From: Candidatus Omnitrophota bacterium
GTDB lineage: Bacteria > Omnitrophota > Gorgyraeia > Zapsychrales > Aceulaceae
Direction: 5' to 3'
Assembly: GCA_028693815.1 (NCBI GenBank)
Contig: JAQUUP010000004.1
Span: 29,683-93,682, forward strand
DNA: 64,000 bases
Within the stretch, counting starts at the first letter, position 1, and each line of letters opens with the position of its first letter. This document shows, piece after piece, positions 9,213 to 18,212 of the stretch. Under the pieces are notes generated by a model, which saw nothing but the letters and a program-made list of their open reading frames with translations, was not told where the DNA came from and made no database searches. The translations under genes and the position numbers were made by a program.

Positions 9213-10598
9213 TTATTTGATGTCGATTGTAAGGACAAAAATATCATCTTGAAATTCTTTGTCTTTAAAGAAATTAAGCTTTTCAATAAGTTTTTGATTA
9301 AAAATTCCTGCTGAAAGGGCAAAATGGTTTTGGATAAAATTTTCAAATCGTTCTGTGCCGAATTCCTCCATTTTCTGATTCTTTATTTCTGTAACTCCAT
9401 CTGTAAATAAGATAAGTTTATCTTTATTTAAAAATGATATTTTCTTTTCAAGTCCAGGCTCAGTATTTTCTTTTTCTGTCGGGATACCTAGAAGCATATT
9501 AAGGGATCCAAGCTTTTCAACTTTAGAGTCACGCGAGCGATAAAGATATTGACTAGGGTGTCCATGGTTAGCAAAGGTTAATTCCATTTTGCTAAAATCA
9601 AGGAGGCAACAAAATGCACTTAGAAACATGTGTATTTCTTTAAAATCGGTTTTAATAAAAGTGTTAAGACGTTCAAGCAGGATATTGGGATCTTGTGTTT
9701 CTTTAATAATGGTTTCGAACTCAGAATGAATGCGATTGACTAAAAGTGCGGCTGAAACGCCGTGACCGGTGACATCGCTAATGAAGAACAAAAGCTTATC
9801 ATCATCAATAAAATGAAACTTAGCGTAGTCTCCGCCAATATAGGACATAGGAAGATAGCTAACAGAAATATCAGCAAGGTTTGTGCTTATTGATTTTGGA
9901 ATCAGGGTTTTGTGAATACGCGTGGCAAGTTCAAGCTCTGTTTGCATTTGTTGATTTTTTAATTCAACTTCTTTTAAGAGAAGAAAGTTCTCAACATCGC
10001 GCGTGGTTTCTTTCTTCCGCACGACAAAACAAAGGAGTGCGGATAGTGACAGAAAAATAATCCCCATGGCCCAGGATTCATTTATTTCGGCGGATGTTTG
10101 GAGATAAGCGTAATGTGCAAAGATATAGAAGCTTACCAAGAGGTATAAGGCGAAATAGATTATGATAATGGGGATAATTTCAATTGCTGTCCAAGGCAAG
10201 ATAAAGCAGCCAACAAACAAAGAAAATAAGTGGGCCAAGACAACGTCATCGATGGTTGTTGGATACAAAACATCGAGATAGGACATAAAGCTAATAATAG
10301 CAAAGACAGTAAGGTAACCATAGAATTTAATAAGTGAAAGATTGGCTGTTTTTTTAGACGCGATTGAAAGAAGAAGTATAGTGAATGTTAGCGCCAGGAA
10401 GGCAGTGTATTCTATTGAATAAAATGTAAAATCGTATTGGTAAATAAGATACAAAATATCATGAATAACATATCCAGTAAGATAAAATCCTACTGTAAGA
10501 AAGAAAATGAGACGAATTCTTTCACGGAACAGAAAAACATTTTGTTGTTCAAACTCGCTTTGATATTGGATAGGAATTATTCTTTTCTTTTTAAACAT
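9213..10598 (-). CDS. membrane-anchored PP2C/SpoIIE-type serine phosphatase (RsbU-like) with multi-TM N-terminal sensor
   Basis: The C-terminal GDYAKFHFIDDDKLLFFISDVTGHGVSAAL motif follows 6-7 predicted TM helices. Confidence 0.75.
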   Translation of the reverse strand: MFKKKRIIPIQYQSEFEQQNVFLFRERIRLIFFLTVGFYLTGYVIHDILYLIYQYDFTFYSIEYTAFLALTFTILLLSIASKKTANLSLIKFYGYLTVFAIISFMSYLDVLYPTTIDDVVLAHLFSLFVGCFILPWTAIEIIPIIIIYFALYLLVSFYIFAHYAYLQTSAEINESWAMGIIFLSLSALLCFVVRKKETTRDVENFLLLKEVELKNQQMQTELELATRIHKTLIPKSISTNLADISVSYLPMSYIGGDYAKFHFIDDDKLLFFISDVTGHGVSAALLVNRIHSEFETIIKETQDPNILLERLNTFIKTDFKEIHMFLSAFCCLLDFSKMELTFANHGHPSQYLYRSRDSKVEKLGSLNMLLGIPTEKENTEPGLEKKISFLNKDKLILFTDGVTEIKNQKMEEFGTERFENFIQNHFALSAGIFNQKLIEKLNFFKDKEFQDDIFVLTIDIK

Positions 10599-10600
10599 TC

Positions 10601-11002
10601 TTATTCTTTATCAGCTAAAAGTTTTATCCAGACTTCTCTTGAACGAGGACCATCAAATTCTACAAAGAAAATGCCTTGCCATGTACCAAGCTGGATTTCC
10701 CCATTTTCAATAATGAAGTTCTGAGAAAAATTAATCAAGCTTCCTTTTATGTGTGCGTCTGAATTTCCTTCTATATGCTTAAAATTATTATCTTGAGGAA
10801 TGGTTTTTTGTAAAAAAGATAACATGTCGCGCTTGACATCTGGATCAGCATTTTCGTTAACCGTAATTCCAGCAGTTGTGTGTGGAGAAAAAACAGTTAA
10901 TAATCCTGAGTGAAATTTCTCTTGTGAGAGGTATTGCTGAATTTGAGGTGTGATATCAATAATTTGGTTGCGATGTTGTGTCGAGATTTTAATCATGTGC
11001 AT
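10601..11002 (-). CDS. YjbQ/UPF0047-family protein (secondary thiamine-phosphate synthase family)
   Basis: It is about 130 aa and contains the HTTAGITVNEN and NSDAHIKGSL signature segments. Confidence 0.8.
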   Translation of the reverse strand: MHMIKISTQHRNQIIDITPQIQQYLSQEKFHSGLLTVFSPHTTAGITVNENADPDVKRDMLSFLQKTIPQDNNFKHIEGNSDAHIKGSLINFSQNFIIENGEIQLGTWQGIFFVEFDGPRSREVWIKLLADKE

Positions 11003-11237
11003 AGATTAATTATATAATGCATTTTTTGTTTCTCAACATATTTTCTTTTAATATGATATGAGAAATTATTCTTAACTTTATTAAAGTCGTTGATTTCGAG
11101 AACTTAGACAGCAAGCGAGTTTTAAGAATATGATTTATCGTTTTTGCCTTGTTTCGCGTGAATGAGTGAAGTAAAATAAACAAAGAAATTCTTTAAAGAC
11201 TCTATGGTAAAAGTGTGCACTTAAAAAGGAGCTGATA

Positions 11238-11402
11238 ATGAAAATTGGTAAAAAAACAGTTAAGGTGTTCAAAATGAAAAATCGCAGAGGATACGCAGCG
11301 CTTTGTTGTGATCATTTGACAGAAGGAGCGACCCAGAATCAAGCTTTAGGCCGGATGGAAAAGGCCTTGCTAAGAACAGAAAGAAAGCTGAAGAAGAAAT
11401 AG
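11238..11402 (+). CDS. possible small ORF (54 aa, basic, CC pair) in a 585-bp intergenic region
   Basis: AGGAG lies 6 nt upstream of the ATG. There is no recognisable family, and the ORF falls below the 60-aa cutoff of the provided track. Confidence 0.25.
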   Translation: MKIGKKTVKVFKMKNRRGYAALCCDHLTEGATQNQALGRMEKALLRTERKLKKK

Positions 11403-11588
11403 ATTCTTTCAGAATGCTCCATAAAATGTCCAAAATGAGTAATTAAGTGGGAATTTTATCCTATCTCAATCGGAATATTGTATTTTTTACTCCACCTCAA
11501 AGTATTTGAAAAATAAAGACTTAGAATAATTTCTAATTATGGAACTTTTTGCTTTGTTCGTTTGTCTAAGTAAGTAGAAAGGAAGTTT

Positions 11589-12149
11589 ATGCAAGAGATT
11601 GCACAAGATATTTTGGAACGATCAGCCGCTGGTGATTTAGAGGCGTTTGAATCTCTTTATAAAGTCTCTAGCGGATTTGTTTATACCGTTGCTTTTCGTG
11701 TTTTGCATCGTCATCAGGATGCTGAAGAAATTACCCAGGATGTTTTTGTTAGCGTTTATAAAAATTTAGGGAAATTTGAATTTCGCTCATCTTTTAAAAC
11801 ATGGATTTATCGCATTACAATTAATGCAGCACTTAATCGGGCTAAAAAAAATTCTAAGGAAAGAAAAACCTCTGTTGTTTTGAATGATTATCAAATTGAT
11901 AGTGAAAGTTATAAAAATCATCAAGAGCAGATGGAAAAAGATTCTAGCGGTTTAGCTCAGGAACTTTTAGAAGTCCTTAATCCTGATCAAAAGGCTTGTG
12001 TTATTTTAAGAAGTATTGAGGGTTTGAGTTATCACGAAATTGCGGAATCTTTAAAGATTAAGATCAACACCGTTCGTACACGCTTAAAAAGAGCTAGAGA
12101 AAAAATGAGCGAGTATTATAAAAAGCGAGGTGATTATGATGAATTGTAA
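11589..12149 (+). CDS. ECF-subfamily RNA polymerase sigma-70 factor
   Basis: Region 2 (YKVSSGFVYTVAFRVL...AEEITQDVFV) and region 4 HTH (LSYHEIAESLKIKINTVRTRL) are both present. Confidence 0.85.
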   Translation: MQEIAQDILERSAAGDLEAFESLYKVSSGFVYTVAFRVLHRHQDAEEITQDVFVSVYKNLGKFEFRSSFKTWIYRITINAALNRAKKNSKERKTSVVLNDYQIDSESYKNHQEQMEKDSSGLAQELLEVLNPDQKACVILRSIEGLSYHEIAESLKIKINTVRTRLKRAREKMSEYYKKRGDYDEL

Positions 12150-12627
12150 AAATATTCGAAAATTATTGTTAACTGATTATGTTGATAACGAGACGAGTGA
12201 TTTAATGCGTAAAACTATTGAGAATCATCTGCTGGATTGCCAGAATTGCAGAGAATTTGCTTCAAGCACTAAAAAAGCTGTTTTTGATTCCTTCTCTGAA
12301 GTCGAGCGATTTTCTCCTCCGGCAGAATTGTGGCATAAAATAAAAGAAAAGATTGAACAAGACCCTAAAGAAAAGATGTTTTTCAACAATATTTATTTCT
12401 TTAAGAATATTAGAAATATCTTTATTTTATCTCGATTTGCAGTTGTTTTAGCGAGTATTTTAATAATTGTTTCGTTAGTTTTATTTATTAAAAACTCAAA
12501 TCAGAACGTAGCTCTTGAAAGCCAAGAAAAAGAAAATATTATTTATCTTGTATCTTTAGATCAAGAAATCAGCTCTGATTCTGATTCTGGAAGCTTGGGA
12601 ACAAGTATTGAAGAATATTTTTTATAA
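12130..12627 (+). CDS. anti-sigma factor with zinc-finger (HLLDCQNC, ZAS-like) and one TM helix
   Basis: It overlaps the 3' end of the sigma gene. It has an H-x3-C-x2-C motif and a TM segment. Confidence 0.6.
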   Translation: MIMMNCKNIRKLLLTDYVDNETSDLMRKTIENHLLDCQNCREFASSTKKAVFDSFSEVERFSPPAELWHKIKEKIEQDPKEKMFFNNIYFFKNIRNIFILSRFAVVLASILIIVSLVLFIKNSNQNVALESQEKENIIYLVSLDQEISSDSDSGSLGTSIEEYFL

Positions 12628-12677
12628 AAAGGAACTTTTTTAGATTTAAGGTTGTCTAAGATTATTGAAAGGGGGAA

Positions 12678-13214
12678 ATGGTTATGATTAACAGAAAAAA
12701 GATTATAGCTGGAGTTGTGGTAGTAATGTTTTTTGCTTGGACAAATATTGCACAGGCAAGGGGTCACAATGGAATGAAAAAAAATGGTCCTCGTACAGAA
12801 GTCCGGGGTCCAAGCGAGGAACAGATTCAGAAGATGGAGAAGAATCTAGGAATTACGGAGGATCAATCATTGCAGCTAAGAAGTCATCGTGAGGGACATC
12901 AGATAAAGATGGAAAGTCTTATGAAACAAATGAAAGAAAAACGTGAAGCGTTAAAGCAAGAGTTAGAAAAAGCAGATACAGATCAGGCGTCTGTTGAGGT
13001 TTTGTCAGCTGAACTAAAAAACGTGCAAGCGCAGATGGTTGACGAAAGGATTAATGGCATTTCAGAAGTAAAATCAATCTTGACACCTGAGCAATTTGAG
13101 GAGTTTAAAGGAAAAATGAATAAAAAAGAGCGTTTTCGTAAAGAAAAAAGTTGGAAAAAAGGTGACGCTGAAGAAGAGAGGATGCCATCGTCTCGATTTG
13201 ATGATGATTTTTAA
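12678..13214 (+). CDS. Spy/CpxP-family periplasmic protein (LTxxQ motifs)
   Basis: It has a signal peptide and repeated LTPEQ / ITEDQ motifs. Confidence 0.65.
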   Translation: MVMINRKKIIAGVVVVMFFAWTNIAQARGHNGMKKNGPRTEVRGPSEEQIQKMEKNLGITEDQSLQLRSHREGHQIKMESLMKQMKEKREALKQELEKADTDQASVEVLSAELKNVQAQMVDERINGISEVKSILTPEQFEEFKGKMNKKERFRKEKSWKKGDAEEERMPSSRFDDDF

Positions 13215-13231
13215 TAATAAATGAAAGAAAG

Positions 13232-13269
13232 AAAAAGGGCTCTGCTTAAATAAGCAGAGCCCTTTTTTG
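13232..13269. terminator. bidirectional rho-independent terminator between convergent genes
   Basis: A 12-bp hairpin GGGCTCTGCTTA / TAAGCAGAGCCC with a 2-nt (AA) loop is flanked by AAAAAG on the 5' side and TTTTTTG on the 3' side. Confidence 0.8.
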
Positions 13270-13279
13270 TCTATCTTTT

Positions 13280-13747
13280 TTATTTAAAAGTTTTTAGTGT
13301 TTCCCATGTTTTTGAGCCGACAACACTATCAGGCGTAAGTCCATTGTCCTTTTGAAAATTTGAAATTGCATTGATTGTGTTTGGTCCAATTTTTCCATCA
13401 ACATTGCCTTCATAGTATCCGGCGTTTTTTAAAGCGATTTGAATCTCTGCAGGAGTTGCGTTAACGCGAATGATACCAAGCCCATCTTTAGATTCAAGAA
13501 CTTCTGGTGAAAGTTTTTTTGGTTCAGTCAGTTTAGTTAGCTGATTGTTTTTTTCTTCGATTTGCTTTGTGAGACCATTAATTTTATCGTAAAGACGAGA
13601 AATTTCTTGATCTTTTTTATTAATATTATTTTCTAAAAGATGAACACGATTAGTGAGTTCATCGGTTTGAGGCTGATATTTTTGTGTTGTCTGACAGCCA
13701 GCAAAGATAAGTCCTGAAGCCATAAGCAGAAGAAGTATTTTTTTCAT
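13280..13747 (-). CDS. lipoprotein with C-terminal peptidoglycan-binding (PG_binding_1) domain
   Basis: There is a lipobox (LIFAGCQ), a coiled-coil region and a GYYEGNVDGKIGPNTINAISNFQKDNGLTPDSVVGSKTW domain. Confidence 0.7.
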   Translation of the reverse strand: MKKILLLLMASGLIFAGCQTTQKYQPQTDELTNRVHLLENNINKKDQEISRLYDKINGLTKQIEEKNNQLTKLTEPKKLSPEVLESKDGLGIIRVNATPAEIQIALKNAGYYEGNVDGKIGPNTINAISNFQKDNGLTPDSVVGSKTWETLKTFK

Positions 13748-13840
13748 GAGAGTCTCCTTGTGAATAAAAGTTAATAGGTAAGCTGATTGTAGTGCATAAA
13801 GAATTTTATTTCAAGAAACATTTTGTATACTAGAAAGATA

Positions 13841-13869
13841 TTGACAGTGCTTAAATTTGATTCTACTAT
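13841..13869 (+). promoter_or_regulatory. sigma70-like promoter TTGACA-17nt-TACTAT for the Cys-peptide/permease/arsC operon
   Basis: Consensus -35 and near-consensus -10 elements sit about 30 nt upstream of the RBS at 13891. Confidence 0.5.
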
Positions 13870-13901
13870 CAATAAATATTAATAATCGAAAGGAGCGCAT
13901 T

Positions 13902-14051
13902 ATGGGTTGCTGTGATCAAAAGAAGGAAAATTCTATTGTTAAATGGTTTAAAAATTTTATAGAGAAAATGGATAAGAAGATGGAGAAGGAAAGCCAGAAA
14001 AGATCTTGTTGTTCAGATAAAAAGGACGGAAGCGGATCATGCTGCGGGTAG
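13902..14051 (+). CDS. 49-aa peptide with three vicinal Cys pairs (MGCC..., ...CCSD..., ...CCG)
   Basis: AGGAG lies 6 nt upstream of the ATG at 13902. The peptide overlaps the downstream permease gene by 13 nt, so it is probably co-translated. Confidence 0.5.
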   Translation: MGCCDQKKENSIVKWFKNFIEKMDKKMEKESQKRSCCSDKKDGSGSCCG

Positions 14052-15004
14052 TTGTTGATTGGCTTGTTTATTCTTTGCTGAAGCTTGACCCAGCATCTCG
14101 CTGGGCAGGTGCTTTACATTTTTTTATTTACGATACAGTTAAAATTATGCTTTTGTTGTTTTTTATGATTGCTTTTTTTGGATTTTTACGCAGTTTTATT
14201 GATCAGCATCGAATTAAAGCTTGGCTTGTTGAAAAAAAGATCTTTGCCAATTTCTTTGCATCTCTTTTTGGTGCATTAACGCCTTTTTGTTCTTGTTCAT
14301 CAATCCCGATTTTTTTAAGTTTTGTTAAGTTAGGCGTTCCTTTAGGGGTTATGTTTTCTTTCTTGATTACATCGCCGCTGATCAATGAATATTTGGTTGT
14401 TTTGATGCTTGGATTTTTTGGATGGAAGATTACAAGTATTTACGTCTTTAGCGGAATGTTTATCGGAGTTTTTGTTGGGGCAATTCTTGGAAAACTTAAG
14501 CTTGAGAAATATTTAGTGAAAGATTTAATTGCAGATACAGCACAAGCATTGAACATTGTTGAATATCGCGGAATAAAACAGAGAATTTTGTTTGGTGTTA
14601 GTGAGGCGGTGAGTATTTTAAGGCGACTATGGTTTTGGATTATTGTTGGTGTTGGCGTTGGAGCATTGATTCATAATTATGTTCCTAAAGAGGCTATTGA
14701 TTCAGTACTTAGCCGAACAGGTATTTTTTCTGTTCCTATTGCAACAATTTTAGGCGTTCCAATGTACGGAAGTTGCGCGGCGATTGTGCCGATTGCTGTA
14801 GCTCTTTTTAAAAAAGGTGTGCCCTTAGGAACCGCACTTGCTTTTATGATGGCAACAAGTGCTTTGAGTCTTCCGGAGGCTATTATTTTAAGACGAGCAA
14901 TGAAGCTGCAGCTTATTGTTATTTTCTTTGGAATTACGACATTTGGTATTATTTTTACAGGATATTTATTTAATTTTTTGCAAACACTTCTAGTTCAATT
15001 TTAA
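14039..15004 (+). CDS. DUF318-type permease with [10 protein letters not shown] motif (ArsP-like organoarsenical efflux permease family)
   Basis: An eight-TM permease carrying the CSC motif characteristic of ArsP. It sits directly upstream of arsC. Confidence 0.7.
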   Translation: MLRVVVDWLVYSLLKLDPASRWAGALHFFIYDTVKIMLLLFFMIAFFGFLRSFIDQHRIKAWLVEKKIFANFFASLFGALTPFCSCSSIPIFLSFVKLGVPLGVMFSFLITSPLINEYLVVLMLGFFGWKITSIYVFSGMFIGVFVGAILGKLKLEKYLVKDLIADTAQALNIVEYRGIKQRILFGVSEAVSILRRLWFWIIVGVGVGALIHNYVPKEAIDSVLSRTGIFSVPIATILGVPMYGSCAAIVPIAVALFKKGVPLGTALAFMMATSALSLPEAIILRRAMKLQLIVIFFGITTFGIIFTGYLFNFLQTLLVQF

Positions 15005-15010
15005 AATTAT

Positions 15011-15427
15011 ATGAAGAAAAAAGTTTTATTTGTTTGTATTCATAATTCTGCGAGAAGTCAGATGGCAGAAGAAATTTTAAGAAAACTTGCATCTAATCGT
15101 TTTGAAGTTGAGAGCGCTGGACTTGAGCCAGGCGTTATCAATCCTTTGGTAGTTGAAGTCTTGAAAGAGCAGAAGATCGATATTTCGCATAAAAAAACAC
15201 AATCTGTCTCTAGTCTTATTGAGAGCGGGAAGAAGTATGATTATGTCGTTACGGTTTGTGATGAAGCTTCTGCTGAACGATGTCCTGTTTTTCCGGGAGA
15301 TGCGAAAAGGCTTCATTGGGGGTTTGAAGATCCATCGAAGCTTCAAGGAACGAATCAAGAAAAAATGCAAAAAATTAGCATAATTCGAGATCAGATCAAA
15401 GATAAAATTAAACAGTGGATTAATTAA
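15011..15427 (+). CDS. arsC: arsenate reductase, thioredoxin-coupled LMW-PTPase family
   Basis: A CIHNSARS P-loop (C-x5-R) is present. A downstream Cys pair (VCDEASAERCPVFPG) matches the Cys10/82/89 architecture. Confidence 0.8.
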   Translation: MKKKVLFVCIHNSARSQMAEEILRKLASNRFEVESAGLEPGVINPLVVEVLKEQKIDISHKKTQSVSSLIESGKKYDYVVTVCDEASAERCPVFPGDAKRLHWGFEDPSKLQGTNQEKMQKISIIRDQIKDKIKQWIN

Positions 15428-15455
15428 GAGCATTAATTCTAAAGGAGCTTGCGGG

Positions 15456-17567
15456 ATGTCTGTAAAACGATTTTCAACTTTTGAAGGCGTTTTTATTCCA
15501 AGTCTTTTAAGTATTTTTGGCGTTATTATGTACTTGAGGCTTGGTTGGGTTGTTGGGCAAGTTGGATTGTTTGGTGCTATTTTGATTATTTTGTTAAGCA
15601 ATATCATCAGTCTTTCAACGGGGTTGTCTGTTTCTTCGATTGTTACAAATATTCGCATTGGTCACGGCGGCGCATATTCCATCATTACAAAATCTTTAGG
15701 CGTCGAAGCAGGAGGTGCGATTGGATTGCCGCTTTATTTCGCACAAGCACTTTCTGTTGCTTTTTATGTTGTTGGTTTTACTGAATCTTGGATTTACGCA
15801 TTTCCACAGCATGATTTCTTGATGGTGTCATTAATTGTTTGGTTTTGTGTTTTGTTGGTTTCCTACTTTAGTGCACGATTGGCTTTTCGGTTGCAATATG
15901 GTGTTTTAGTTATTATCGCTATATCGCTTTTTTCTATATTTTTAAGTGCGACGACTGCCGGCGTTTCACAGCCTTTGCATTTTCCAAGATTCTCCGGTGA
16001 TTTCTTTAAAACATTTGCTGTTTTTTTTCCAGCGGTTGCAGGATTTATGGCAGGGCTTTCTATGTCTGGAGAATTAGAGGATCCAAAGAAAAGTATTCCT
16101 GCGGGAACCCTTTGGGCAATTTTTGTAAGTATTGTTGTCTATTTATGTTTGGCTTTTTGGTTTTGGAGTCATGCTTCCGCTGATTCACTCATAAATAATA
16201 CAGCATTGATTGTTGACTTGGGTCGCTGGCGAATCCCTATTCTTGCGGGAATCATGGGAGCAACTCTTTCGTCTGCTTTGAATATGTGTGTAACAGCGCC
16301 AAGGACATTGTTTGCGTTAAGTCAAAAAATGGGAATTCCTGCTTTAAAGCCATTTATTTATCGTAATCAGCAAGGGGAGCCAACCACAGCAATTCTTTTG
16401 ACCTCTTTTATTGCTTTGATTACAATTTTAGCTGGAACCCTTAATCAGGTTGCAAGCCTATTAACTATGTTTTTCCTGATTACATATGGCTTGATTAATC
16501 TTTCAGTTTTGATTGAACAAAGTATTGGCATTGCAAGCTTTCGTCCTTCTTTTAGAGTATCAAAACTTATTTCTTTTAGCGGTGCTTTGGGTTGTGTGAT
16601 TGTTATGTTTTTGATCGACTCTTTGTTTAGCGTGATCTCTATTGGCATTATTTTGATTTTGTATTTGTGGCTGATAAAAAAAGAAACAAAAAGATATTCT
16701 CCCGATGTTCGAAGCGGGCTTCTTATTTTTTTAGCAGAAAAAATGGCCAGGGCTGCAGCTCGATTGCCGTATTATCCTAAAATTTGGAAACCGAATGTTA
16801 TTGTTCCTGTTGAGGATATTGGAAGATTTTTTTCTTCAGTTCCATTGATTCATTCAATTATTTATCCGAGCGGGAGGCTTACAGCGTTTCAAATCTCAGA
16901 TAAAGAAAATAAAGAAAAAGATCGTCAGAAAATCTTCGAAGTCCTAGAGCCTTTCCGAGAAGATGGGATGTTGGTCGAAGCTCTTGTCGCGCAAGCGACT
17001 GACGTTGTTTTGGGGTCAGTGACGGTTTTACAGACAATTAAAAATACGCATTTTCCTCCTAATACATTTCTTTATCTATTGTCTAGTGATTCATCATCAG
17101 ATGAAAAAGCGCTTCAGATTATTCAACAAGCTTGTGTTGAAAATCTTGGCGTTATTATTTTAAAAGAAGGAGTTGAGGTTGAGTACCAGGAAGATCGAAT
17201 CATTAATCTATGGATTCGAAAAGGAAGTCCAAATATCGATCTTTCGATTTTAACAACATTACAACTTCAAAAAAATTGGGATGGATTTATTCGACTTTTG
17301 CAAATTGTTGATTCTAAAGAAGAGCAGGATGACGCTATTGCTTATCTGGTGCGTTTGGCAGAGCTGATGCGTCTTCCAGAAGGTGTTGATGTCCAGGTTT
17401 TAGTTGGTCAGTTTCCATTTATTTTGGAGCAGGCTCCTGTTGCGGATATTAATATTCTTGGAATGGCACAGAATCCAGATTTAGGCTTAATTCGAACAGT
17501 TTCAGATTTTGTTAAGACACCGGTTTTGTTCTTAAGGGATTCATCACATGAAAGTGCAACAGCTTAA
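15456..17567 (+). CDS. APC-superfamily transporter of the cation-chloride cotransporter (SLC12-like) type with a C-terminal cytoplasmic domain
   Basis: The N-terminal FEGVFIPSLLSIFGVIMYLRLGWVVGQ segment is near-identical to SLC12 TM1. There are 12 TM helices and a 250-aa soluble tail. Confidence 0.75.
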   Translation: MSVKRFSTFEGVFIPSLLSIFGVIMYLRLGWVVGQVGLFGAILIILLSNIISLSTGLSVSSIVTNIRIGHGGAYSIITKSLGVEAGGAIGLPLYFAQALSVAFYVVGFTESWIYAFPQHDFLMVSLIVWFCVLLVSYFSARLAFRLQYGVLVIIAISLFSIFLSATTAGVSQPLHFPRFSGDFFKTFAVFFPAVAGFMAGLSMSGELEDPKKSIPAGTLWAIFVSIVVYLCLAFWFWSHASADSLINNTALIVDLGRWRIPILAGIMGATLSSALNMCVTAPRTLFALSQKMGIPALKPFIYRNQQGEPTTAILLTSFIALITILAGTLNQVASLLTMFFLITYGLINLSVLIEQSIGIASFRPSFRVSKLISFSGALGCVIVMFLIDSLFSVISIGIILILYLWLIKKETKRYSPDVRSGLLIFLAEKMARAAARLPYYPKIWKPNVIVPVEDIGRFFSSVPLIHSIIYPSGRLTAFQISDKENKEKDRQKIFEVLEPFREDGMLVEALVAQATDVVLGSVTVLQTIKNTHFPPNTFLYLLSSDSSSDEKALQIIQQACVENLGVIILKEGVEVEYQEDRIINLWIRKGSPNIDLSILTTLQLQKNWDGFIRLLQIVDSKEEQDDAIAYLVRLAELMRLPEGVDVQVLVGQFPFILEQAPVADINILGMAQNPDLGLIRTVSDFVKTPVLFLRDSSHESATA

Positions 17568-17629
17568 CAAAAGACCTACATTTTTTCTTTAAATGCAGTA
17601 TAATAGAATAACTTTTCAACCATTTATTT

Positions 17630-17643
17630 AAAAAAAAGGGGGG
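17630..17643 (+). repeat. homopolymer tract A8 G6 immediately 5' of a start codon
   Basis: The tract aaaaaaaagggggg ends 5 nt upstream of the ATG at 17648. TATAAT lies at 17599-17604. Confidence 0.9.
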
Positions 17644-17647
17644 CGCA

Positions 17648-17938
17648 ATGAAGGAATTAGAAATAAATAAAAAACTTCGTTTTTGGCAGATCATTGTTTT
17701 AATTCAACTTATTTTGGTTATTTTTCTAGGGCTGTTAGTTTATGCACAAAAGTCAGATATAATTTCACAAAAAACATATATCAGTGTATTGCAAAATGGA
17801 ATAGCCGTTCGAGATCAAAACACTCGTATCTTGTCTAAACGACTTGTCGCTGCCATGACGCTTTTGCAATCAGCTGCACAAGAGATAACACAAGGTGGCG
17901 CTTTAACTCAAGAAGGAGCTGTGGGTCAACAGCAATAA
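17648..17938 (+). CDS. small membrane-anchored protein, unknown function
   Basis: A single N-terminal TM helix. No family was recognised. Confidence 0.45.
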   Translation: MKELEINKKLRFWQIIVLIQLILVIFLGLLVYAQKSDIISQKTYISVLQNGIAVRDQNTRILSKRLVAAMTLLQSAAQEITQGGALTQEGAVGQQQ

Positions 17939-18060
17939 GCATAACAGAAGAAAGCGTTTTTTCTTTAGTTTCTGAAGGCCTTCTTTTTTCTTATTTTTAT
18001 GCTATATTTAATTTAGGTGGATTCGTTCTTTGTAGTTGTTGTTCGGTATTTTTTTTCTAG

Positions 18061-18096
18061 CCCCGCCAGGGGATGATTTCTCTGGCGGGGTTTTTA
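18061..18096 (+). terminator. rho-independent terminator
   Basis: The hairpin CCCCGCCAG-loop-CTGGCGGGG is followed by TTTTT. Confidence 0.75.
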
Positions 18097-18212
18097 GTTA
18101 AATCAAAGCTTGTAAATTAAGAATTCATGTTAAAAGAAGCGACATTTTCTGTTTTATTTCAATATTCTTGAAGTATAATAAGGATATTTTTAAATCCTTA
18201 AGAGAGTTAAAT

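Noticed and set aside
15077-15658. 193-aa minus-strand ORF overlapping arsC and the start of the transporter gene
   Set aside because: It lies antisense to two confident plus-strand genes with recognisable motifs. It has no motif of its own and is likely spurious.
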